A DNA stretch of 62,020 bases from Bacillales bacterium (GTDB taxonomy: Bacteria; Bacillota_I; Bacilli_A; RFN20; CAG-826), in contig JAQYER010000036.1 of the NCBI GenBank assembly GCA_028723545.1, positions 1-62,020 of the forward strand. The letters run 5' to 3'. A model generated the notes under the pieces. The model was not told the DNA's origin and made no database searches. It saw nothing but the letters and a program-made list of their open reading frames with translations. The position numbers and the translations under genes were made by a program. Positions 7,947-16,116 of the stretch are shown here, piece by piece. Every line of letters starts with the position of its first letter. The first letter of the stretch is position 1.

Positions 7947-10493
7947 TTATAATCCCATATTTTCTTTAATTGTATTTTGGGTATTGAATGCTGAAGATTT
8001 CTTTGTTTCATTAAAATATAATCCAACATTTTTAATGAAGAATTCTAAATCTTCAAATCTAGTATTATCACTTGTTAAGAATAAATTACCTGAGAAATAA
8101 TCTAAATTAAGAATACCATCAACACCTTCAAGGCCAGCATTCCAAGCTGGAACTGAATATGATTCAAATGGGACACGAATATATCCTTTAAATCCGACAG
8201 GAATTTGTACTTGGTCAGATTTAGAATACATCATATAATCAGCGTCTTTTACAACATCATAAGCATAATACATTGCTGGATATCCAACGACACACCATCT
8301 TTCAGTTGTTGTTTTTCCAGGAATCTTTTCATCAAATTGAAGGGTAATTCCAATTTCTTTAAAAGATCTATTTTCAACATAGAAAGTAATTCCTTTTGCG
8401 TATTCTTTTCCGGTTTCTTTTTCAACATACGCTTTAGTTCTATCAGTTGTTAAACCGTGATCAAATAATCCTAAACACATATATGACCCATATTGGTGAC
8501 CAGTTTCATAAGGTCCGATATGGACAAAAACACCATCATCTTCTTTATTATATGAACATGCATTATCACCAATATCATATGTGACATATTTTTTCATTTC
8601 TGCATCTGTTCGATAATTTAAAGAATCGATAATTTTGACATCGCCAATCCATTCAGAAGGAGATGGAATAAAATATTTTACTACAGTCAAATATCCATCA
8701 TCTGCGTGATAAGTTTCTACAATATCATTTACATTGTTGCAATCAAACACGACTGTGTGAGTAAGACTTTCTTGTTCAACAGTTCCAATATCACCAAAAG
8801 TAATATTAATTGCGTAATCATAATATGTATGAACTCTAATTATTAAATTTACAACGCTTGACCAATTAAATGTTGAACCAGCTTTTTGATTTAAGAAATC
8901 TTTTTGAAGCACAATAACTCCGGTCTTTTCAATCGCGTGAATTGTATTTTCATCACCAGTTGTGTGGTTCATTGCAGTAGATTCACCATTTGAAATTAAA
9001 TAAATTGGTTTTTTAACTGCTTCTGCTTTTGATGGTAATTGCATAACATTTGAAGAGTTATCAACAAATTCAAGTTGGAAAGCACATGAGCCAGTACCAG
9101 TATAATTAATAGCAATAGCTTCGCCACTAGATAAATCTAATGGAGTTTCATAAGTTGCAGTTGCTGAAGAGAAAACACTTGAATCGCTATTTTTCTTTGC
9201 AGTAATGTTCGCTCCACCACTTATTCTTCCTTGATAATTGATAGTTGTGTAATCAAATAATGGAATTTCTAATTCCTTATATCCAGATAAAATTGAAGCA
9301 GTACATTCTCCCCATGTTTCAATTCTAGTTTCAATTTCTGATTTATATAATGAAGAGCCATCAAAAGCAATGTTATCTTTTGAAAAAATATCACCTACTG
9401 AAATATCAATTTTATCTCCTTCTAAATAAAATGCACACGCTAAAGAAGAATGATAATCAGGACCACACCAACTAGAATTTGTATCACCAATTAATGATTC
9501 ATTTGGAAGATAAATAAATCCATCAAAATTGCCAGGTAATTCAAAATAACCCCATTCATTGATTGAAGCTAGTGTTTCATTCATTCCGGCTGCATCGTAT
9601 TTATAATAATTTTTATTAGGGCCAGTCACTGCTCTATTTCCAAAACTATCAGACGCTAAGAATGATTTTAAATATGAAGAAGTTGATAAATTATTTTTAA
9701 TTCTAAAATACACTCCTCCATTTGATAAATCAGTAGATCCACCAAATTTATTTAAATATCCAGCATAACCAGTAGTGACAATTTTTGTTCCTCCTAATAA
9801 ATCTCCTTTTGGAACAAATGATTCCGCTCTAGGATTTTGAGTAATACTTTGATATTCACTATTTTGATTGATGAATACTTTTGAGAAATCTTCTTCGGTT
9901 ACTGAAGAAGTATCTAAAACCACTTTTTCATCAGTAAAAATGTCTCCGATCGCATATTTGGCATAGTAATCATAAAATCCACTGAATTCAATATATATTC
10001 TCCAAATTGAAGAAGGGTTAAAGTCAGAAGTGCCTGCTATTTTTGACATTTGAGTTGAATAATTCATGTAAATAAATCCATCAAAATTAGCTGGAAGCAT
10101 AATATAGTTACCCCAAGATCGAGGAGAACAGCCAGTTGTTTCATTTCCATTAATGTCAAAATATGTTTGCGCCACATTTGTTGTTGGTGCAATTAAAGTG
10201 CCGTTTGTGGAATTGATTTTGAATGTTAACGGAGTGTCAGTGCCAGTATAATTTTTCATTCTTAAATAAATACCGGTTCCAGAAAAGTCAGAATTGCCTT
10301 GCATATTTGCGTTAATTTCCGTAACAATTCCTGAATCAGGATCTTTTTGTTTTAAACCTTTGATTCTCGCTGAGCCATATAAATCTCCAGAAATGTCTGT
10401 GGCGTTCACTTTTGTAGCTGAGTCGACTTTATTGCCAATTGAGCCTAATAAAGTCATAATTGCGAGTAATGATAATAATTTTTTCTTTTTCAC
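7947..10493 (-). CDS. secreted 848-aa protein built from about four related beta-sandwich-like modules, function unknown
   Basis: Signal peptide (..KVNA|TD). Recurring module signature G.G(I/V)Y(L/F)R(M/I)KN ... LP(A/G)NFDGFIY. The N-terminal ~210 aa are closely paralogous to the 18299-19915 product. Confidence 0.7.
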   Translation of the reverse strand: MKKKKLLSLLAIMTLLGSIGNKVDSATKVNATDISGDLYGSARIKGLKQKDPDSGIVTEINANMQGNSDFSGTGIYLRMKNYTGTDTPLTFKINSTNGTLIAPTTNVAQTYFDINGNETTGCSPRSWGNYIMLPANFDGFIYMNYSTQMSKIAGTSDFNPSSIWRIYIEFSGFYDYYAKYAIGDIFTDEKVVLDTSSVTEEDFSKVFINQNSEYQSITQNPRAESFVPKGDLLGGTKIVTTGYAGYLNKFGGSTDLSNGGVYFRIKNNLSTSSYLKSFLASDSFGNRAVTGPNKNYYKYDAAGMNETLASINEWGYFELPGNFDGFIYLPNESLIGDTNSSWCGPDYHSSLACAFYLEGDKIDISVGDIFSKDNIAFDGSSLYKSEIETRIETWGECTASILSGYKELEIPLFDYTTINYQGRISGGANITAKKNSDSSVFSSATATYETPLDLSSGEAIAINYTGTGSCAFQLEFVDNSSNVMQLPSKAEAVKKPIYLISNGESTAMNHTTGDENTIHAIEKTGVIVLQKDFLNQKAGSTFNWSSVVNLIIRVHTYYDYAINITFGDIGTVEQESLTHTVVFDCNNVNDIVETYHADDGYLTVVKYFIPSPSEWIGDVKIIDSLNYRTDAEMKKYVTYDIGDNACSYNKEDDGVFVHIGPYETGHQYGSYMCLGLFDHGLTTDRTKAYVEKETGKEYAKGITFYVENRSFKEIGITLQFDEKIPGKTTTERWCVVGYPAMYYAYDVVKDADYMMYSKSDQVQIPVGFKGYIRVPFESYSVPAWNAGLEGVDGILNLDYFSGNLFLTSDNTRFEDLEFFIKNVGLYFNETKKSSAFNTQNTIKENMGL

Positions 10494-10511
10494 AATTTGT
10501 TGCCTCCTTTT

Positions 10512-11429
10512 TTAAATGCTAAGAACTTTTTTAAATAATGAGAAAAATTTTTCTTTATCTACAGAGATGGATACATTGATGAATTTATTTTTTTCAGAAT
10601 TGATAAAAGGCATTCCGTGATTAGAAAGATCAAAATCCAATTTAAGTTTCTCGGTTTTAATAATCGATTCATCTATTAATGATGTAACAGTTAATGGATC
10701 GTGCATGACTGGGTTTTCAAAATTGTAATGAGCAAACCACTTCATCATCGCGTTATACACTAATTTAATGGCTTTTGAATCATTGTTTCTTAATTGATTG
10801 ACTTCTTCACTAGATAATCCAGTTTGTGAAGTTACATTTAATGTAACAGCAGTAATCTTTTTCACATCAGAATCAATTACAATTTTAGCGGCATCTGGAT
10901 CACAAAAAATATTCCATTCGACAAAATTGTAATTTAATCCCGCTCCCATAAATCTAATCTCTTTTATTTTGTTAGCAATGCTTGGGTCTTTTTTTATCGC
11001 ACTGGCGATATTAGTCATTGGGCCAATCGGAATAATTGTTATTTCGTTTGGGTATTTATTAACTGATTCAACAATAAAATCAACCGCGGATTTATTTTCA
11101 ATTTGGCACTTCTCCATTGATTCATCCCATTGAGGAATCAAATATTTATTATTTTCATCTACTTTTTCTTTTTGTTTAATTTCTGGCGATATTAAATTGT
11201 CAATTGATACTTTTAATGGGTTATCAATACCAGGATAAACTTTAATATCATATCCTAAAGAATCAATTAATTGCTTTGCCATCTTCGCTCTTTTGATTGA
11301 ATTGCGAAATACTGTTGTTATCCCGAGAACATCGAATTTATGACTTTCAAGCAATAATAACAATGCAAAAGCATCATCGATATCATCACCAATATCAGTA
11401 TCAAGTATTACTTTTGGCAAATTATTCAT
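10512..11429 (-). CDS. inosine-uridine-preferring nucleoside hydrolase (IUNH) family protein, cytoplasmic
   Basis: DTDIGDDIDDAFAL (the DxDxxxDD Ca/ribose-binding signature) and a C-terminal VMHDPLTV. The start is taken at ATG 11427-11429 (MNNLPKVILDTD), which overlaps the SBP stop as ATGAATAA. The 32-codon extension in the ORF track is rejected. Confidence 0.75.
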   Translation of the reverse strand: MNNLPKVILDTDIGDDIDDAFALLLLLESHKFDVLGITTVFRNSIKRAKMAKQLIDSLGYDIKVYPGIDNPLKVSIDNLISPEIKQKEKVDENNKYLIPQWDESMEKCQIENKSAVDFIVESVNKYPNEITIIPIGPMTNIASAIKKDPSIANKIKEIRFMGAGLNYNFVEWNIFCDPDAAKIVIDSDVKKITAVTLNVTSQTGLSSEEVNQLRNNDSKAIKLVYNAMMKWFAHYNFENPVMHDPLTVTSLIDESIIKTEKLKLDFDLSNHGMPFINSEKNKFINVSISVDKEKFFSLFKKVLSI

Positions 11430-13194
11430 GAACAGCTCCTCTCCAATAAGAAAAGTCTCCATTAGGTCCTTTATATTCTGGTTCAACATAATCAGGTCTA
11501 TTTTGAGGATAACCATATTCAACATTTAACAATTGTTTGGTAGTTACATATGATTCTGAATAGAAAGTAATTACTTTGTCTAAACCTAATTTTTTAGCAT
11601 AAGTAATCGCGTTATTGTAGTCGGTTTTCCAATCATTTGAACGAATAATATCCACTAAAGCCTCAGCCCATTTTGTTTTAATCTTATTAAAGCTAGTTGT
11701 TATTGAGAAATAATCTTCTCTAGAAGTATCATGTTTTAAGAATGTTGGTTTGAAATTATATGAATATGGAGTAAGTGGTCTTTTCATATTATCAATATAA
11801 ATATCGGTCGCTTTTCTTCCGTTTAATGGTTTGTATTTATTGATATACGCTAAATTCATTAATAAAGTCATATTATATAAGCCAAGAGTGTTAATCCATG
11901 CTTGGTCTTCAGCATTTCCATTTACACCTGAAACATATCTATCTGACCATAATATTTGTGTGTGGTCTTCATTCCAGTAATAAGATTCGCCTTCAACACC
12001 AAAAGCCACTAATCTTTGTCCTTCTTCTGAATATAGATATTCAAGCAATTTAATTGCCTTATCAGGATTCTTACAATTTCTAGTAATCATAGTTAATAAA
12101 TAACCGTTTCCAGAAATATCTTGTAATATTGGTGCTTGATTATCTTTGTTTTTTAAAATTAATGGAACGTAATTTACTCCAGATGCATATGCATTGAGGA
12201 ACGCCATTTGATAATCTTGAGGAGTAACAGCTGTAACAAAACAATTTCCACGAGAAATATTTGTTCTAATTGCAGCTGATTTAGCTGAATAGTTTTCTGA
12301 TTTAATAATTCCTTCTTTATGACATTTATTTAAAAATTCAAGCATTTCTTGATAACGTTCAGTTGTGCGAATATCTAAATAATTGCCTTCTTTGTCTTCA
12401 TATGGAGCACAGAAATATTGAGCTAACCAATCAACCGAATCATTTCCTTCAGTTGTAAAAGCATCTAATTGGAAAGGAATTGCGTCATTATGTTTAGTCG
12501 CAATATATTTACATCCTTCAATAAATGATGCGGCAGAAGTCATATCATATCCTGCTGATAAAGCTTCTTTATACCAATCTTCGCGAACCATTAAGCATCC
12601 ATTTGGTTCCATTTTATCAGTGTCATTAACATATTTTGTTGAATAAGCAAAATTTGGAACGCCATAACAATACCCATCTCCTTCGGTAAAATAATTCCAA
12701 ATATCTTCTTGTTCTTTTTCTTTAAAAGATGGAGCCCATCGTTCAATTAATCCATCTAATGGATATAAATAACCTTGGTTCGCTAATTGAGAGCATTGTG
12801 TGTACCAACATTGAACAGAAATAATATCAGGCAATTTATTTCCAGAAATAAGTGTAGATAATTTTTGTCCATCATCAGTAACCGGAACAGTAAATTTGAT
12901 TTTTGCACCAGTCTTTTCTTTAATAATTTGGCTAACGCGGTCAGATCCATATGAGTTCCATGCAAAAGTTGAATCATTGACATACCATTCAAGATCCCAT
13001 TCATCAACTGTGCCATCTTCATTTTTTAAATATTCCCAAGAATCTTTATCTCCTGGAGTAAGTGGCAAATCAGGATAAATATCCTCAATATTAGTTGATG
13101 AACTAGTTGAATCAAAATAACTTAAAAGACCACAACTAGATAGCATAGTTGAAGATAAAAAAGCTAATAAAATTCTTTTAAATGTTTTATTCAT
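11422..13194 (-). CDS. ABC transporter extracellular solute-binding lipoprotein (large LplA/YtcQ-like family-1 SBP)
   Basis: 590 aa, lipobox LSSC, directly upstream of two LplB/LplC-type permeases. Confidence 0.8.
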   Translation of the reverse strand: MNKTFKRILLAFLSSTMLSSCGLLSYFDSTSSSTNIEDIYPDLPLTPGDKDSWEYLKNEDGTVDEWDLEWYVNDSTFAWNSYGSDRVSQIIKEKTGAKIKFTVPVTDDGQKLSTLISGNKLPDIISVQCWYTQCSQLANQGYLYPLDGLIERWAPSFKEKEQEDIWNYFTEGDGYCYGVPNFAYSTKYVNDTDKMEPNGCLMVREDWYKEALSAGYDMTSAASFIEGCKYIATKHNDAIPFQLDAFTTEGNDSVDWLAQYFCAPYEDKEGNYLDIRTTERYQEMLEFLNKCHKEGIIKSENYSAKSAAIRTNISRGNCFVTAVTPQDYQMAFLNAYASGVNYVPLILKNKDNQAPILQDISGNGYLLTMITRNCKNPDKAIKLLEYLYSEEGQRLVAFGVEGESYYWNEDHTQILWSDRYVSGVNGNAEDQAWINTLGLYNMTLLMNLAYINKYKPLNGRKATDIYIDNMKRPLTPYSYNFKPTFLKHDTSREDYFSITTSFNKIKTKWAEALVDIIRSNDWKTDYNNAITYAKKLGLDKVITFYSESYVTTKQLLNVEYGYPQNRPDYVEPEYKGPNGDFSYWRGAVHE

Positions 13195-13206
13195 AAAAAC
13201 TCCTCT

Positions 13207-14130
13207 CTAACCCTTCAAGCTTCCAATTACAACTCCTTTTGTAAGGGTTTTTAAAATTAATGGATATATAATAAAAATTGGAATAACTGAAATAATAATT
13301 GCCGCTAAAGAGACAGTTTCTGGTGCGACTTTATTTAATAATTCAACTGGTAATGACACTCCAGGAGCAGGCATTGAAGATTCATTAATAACTTTCATTA
13401 AATAATATTGGAGAGTCCATAAATTTTCATTTGAAGTGTAAATCATAGTTTCAAAAAATGAATTCCAATGGCCTACTGCAATCCATAACGCAACCGTTGA
13501 TACGACTGGTCCACTTAGTGGAAGAAGAATGCTAAAGAAAATTCTAAATTCACTCGCTCCATCCATGACAGCGGATTCATGAATTTCTTCAGGAATTGTT
13601 TTAAAGAAATTAACAAATACGAGCATGTTGTAAACAGAAAATAAGGCCGGAATAATGTAAACCCAAAATGAATCAAATAAACCTAATACATTAATTACTA
13701 AGAAATAAGGAATAAGACCTCCACCAAAGAACATCGTAAAAATAAAGAATCGATAAATAACTGGTTTACCTATGAGATTTGGTCTTGACATCGCATAGGC
13801 AACAATCGCAGTAAAAATAACTCCAGTTATAGTTCCTAATATCGTTCTAGCGATGGTTATACCATATGCTTTCCATAAACGAATATCATTTAATACTACA
13901 TTGTAATTTTCTAATGAGAACACTCTTGGAAATAACCAAATACCTCCATTAATATAATCAGCGCCTTCAGAGAATGAACCCGCTAAAACATAGATAAGAG
14001 GATATACACTCATTAAAGAGAAAACTAAAAGTAAAGAAACATTTATCCAATCAAAAAGATGTTTCTTTTGTTTTCGACCAGTTGAACCAATCATCAGTTG
14101 GTTTTTCTTATATACTTTTTTTGTTACCAT
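13207..14130 (-). CDS. carbohydrate ABC permease (LplC/YtcP-like)
   Basis: Six-TM MalG-class permease with an EAA-loop region (ESAVMDGASEFRIFF.ILLP). ATG at 14128-14130 is preferred; an alternative GTG lies at 14145. Confidence 0.8.
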   Translation of the reverse strand: MVTKKVYKKNQLMIGSTGRKQKKHLFDWINVSLLLVFSLMSVYPLIYVLAGSFSEGADYINGGIWLFPRVFSLENYNVVLNDIRLWKAYGITIARTILGTITGVIFTAIVAYAMSRPNLIGKPVIYRFFIFTMFFGGGLIPYFLVINVLGLFDSFWVYIIPALFSVYNMLVFVNFFKTIPEEIHESAVMDGASEFRIFFSILLPLSGPVVSTVALWIAVGHWNSFFETMIYTSNENLWTLQYYLMKVINESSMPAPGVSLPVELLNKVAPETVSLAAIIISVIPIFIIYPLILKTLTKGVVIGSLKG

Positions 14131-14131
14131 A

Positions 14132-15115
14132 TTAGAAAATCCCACTTCCTGTTGTCTTTTTAGCTACCCAGTTACCAACACCTAGTAACACAATAGCGAC
14201 AACTGATTTAAAGAAACCAACTGCGGTGGTATATGAATATTGAAGATTAACAGCGCCATATTTATAAATAAAAGTATCAAGAACTTCACTTCTAGCTAAA
14301 TTAATCTGGTTTTGGAATGTCCAAATATGATCAAAACCATTATTTAATATTCCACTTACAGATAAAATGAAAAACAAGACAATTGTTGGTGCGATTGAAG
14401 GGATTGTAATATGAATAATGCGGTGCAATCTAGTTGCCCCATCCATATCAGCAGCTTCAAATAATTGAGGGTCAATTCCAGCAATCGCGGCAACATAAAT
14501 AATTGATCCCCATCCCATTCCTTTTAATAAAGAAGTAATAATAATAGTTGGCCAGAAATATTGAGATTCACCAAAATTAATTGGATCAGAAACAATATTT
14601 AGTTTTAATAAAACCGTATTAATAATTCCATCCGAATTTATTAAAGCTAAAATAATTCCTCCATAAACAATCCAAGAAAGGAAATATGGGAAATAAGTAA
14701 TAACTTGCACTGTTTTGCGGATTTTTTTCCATGGTAATTCACTTAATAAAATCGCGAACAAAATTGGAGCTGGGAAATTAATGCATAATTGAAGAATGTT
14801 TAATCCTAAAGTGTTTAGCATGACATCTTTAAAATCAGGGTCATTAAAAAATGCTTTGAAATTATCAAATCCAACCCATTCACTTTTAAAAATTGCATCA
14901 AGAATATTTAAATAACCATCTCCGCTTTTAAAAGCTAAAATTAATCCAAACATTGGAAGATAGGCAAAAATGGCAATGAAAATAACTCCAAAAGACACCA
15001 TTATTCCTAATTCAAAAGCGCTTCTAGTAAATTTTTTCTTTTCGTGTCTTCTTGCTAATGGAGAAATTTCTTCAAGAGCAGCTTCATATGGTTTTTTCTT
15101 TTTAATTGTTAACAT
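14132..15115 (-). CDS. carbohydrate ABC permease (LplB/YteP-like)
   Basis: EAA loop EAADMDGATRLHR. The AAGGAG SD sits 8 nt before ATG 15113-15115; the ORF-track start at 15124 is a GTG directly abutting the SD. Confidence 0.8.
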   Translation of the reverse strand: MLTIKKKKPYEAALEEISPLARRHEKKKFTRSAFELGIMVSFGVIFIAIFAYLPMFGLILAFKSGDGYLNILDAIFKSEWVGFDNFKAFFNDPDFKDVMLNTLGLNILQLCINFPAPILFAILLSELPWKKIRKTVQVITYFPYFLSWIVYGGIILALINSDGIINTVLLKLNIVSDPINFGESQYFWPTIIITSLLKGMGWGSIIYVAAIAGIDPQLFEAADMDGATRLHRIIHITIPSIAPTIVLFFILSVSGILNNGFDHIWTFQNQINLARSEVLDTFIYKYGAVNLQYSYTTAVGFFKSVVAIVLLGVGNWVAKKTTGSGIF

Positions 15116-16115
15116 CTGAAACACTCCTTCTTTCTACCAAAGTAGGTTCAATCAATATCGTTTTTTTAATTTTTTGATTATTGAATAATTCATTGATTAC
15201 CGAACTACATAACGAATCAATATTTTGTTTTATTGTTGTTAATCCTGGAGTAATTAGTGAAGAAAATTGATTATCATCAAATCCAACAACTGAAATGTCT
15301 TTTCCAACTACCTTGTTCATTTCAGAAGCTGATTTATATATTGAATACGCCATCAAATCATTAAAAGCAAAAATGGCAGTAATTGAATTGTCTTTCAATA
15401 TTTCTTTTGCAAGAGGGAACGCTCCATCGAAATGATAATCGCCTTCATAAACGATTGAGTCATCGAATTCGACCCCCCATTCAGATAAAGCTTTTTTATA
15501 ACCGAGTAAACGATCTTGTGAAGAAGAAATTTCTTTTGGTCCAGTAATACAAGCAATCTTTTTATGCCCTTTTTCTAACAAATATTTGGTAGCCAAATAT
15601 CCACCTTTTATATCGTCATTAACTACTATTGGAGCGTTCTCGATATCAATTTTTCTATCTAAAATAACAACAGGAACATCAATATCTTTTTCTAAAGATT
15701 TAATATCTAATAATTGATTATTTGAAAAACTAGAAGGTGGAACAACTATTAAGAAATCAATATTTTTAATAATCATGTCAGCAATGGTTTTCTTAAATAA
15801 TTCAATGTCATATCCTGAATTAGCAATAAATAATGAATAACCATTTTTAACAAATGATGATTCTAAAGATTTAATTAATCTTGCATAATAACCGTTTTCA
15901 ATATCTGGCACTAATACAGCGGCGGTATGGGTTAATTTGCTTTTTAACGCACTGGCAATATAATTTGGATGATAATGATATTTATTGCACACATCTAAAA
16001 CTCGTTGACGAGTTTCTTTTGAAACGGAGTCAGTTTTTCCATTTAAAACAAAACTAACTGCGGTAATTGATACACCACATTCTTTTGCTATATCTTTTAT
16101 CGTAATCCTTGCCAT
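15102..16115 (-). CDS. LacI-family transcriptional regulator
   Basis: N-terminal HTH MARITIKDIAKECGVSITAVSFVLNGK followed by a periplasmic-binding-fold sugar sensor domain. Confidence 0.9.
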   Translation of the reverse strand: MARITIKDIAKECGVSITAVSFVLNGKTDSVSKETRQRVLDVCNKYHYHPNYIASALKSKLTHTAAVLVPDIENGYYARLIKSLESSFVKNGYSLFIANSGYDIELFKKTIADMIIKNIDFLIVVPPSSFSNNQLLDIKSLEKDIDVPVVILDRKIDIENAPIVVNDDIKGGYLATKYLLEKGHKKIACITGPKEISSSQDRLLGYKKALSEWGVEFDDSIVYEGDYHFDGAFPLAKEILKDNSITAIFAFNDLMAYSIYKSASEMNKVVGKDISVVGFDDNQFSSLITPGLTTIKQNIDSLCSSVINELFNNQKIKKTILIEPTLVERRSVSDVNN

Positions 16116-16116
16116 A

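Noticed and set aside
11430-11525. 32-codon N-terminal extension of the nucleoside hydrolase ORF; likewise 3889-3921 and 33431-33502
   Set aside because: The extensions overlap the upstream gene or are hydrophobic nonsense. Internal ATGs give canonical N-termini (a lipoprotein signal, the DTD motif 10 residues in, an ABC N-terminus) with SD or coupling signals.
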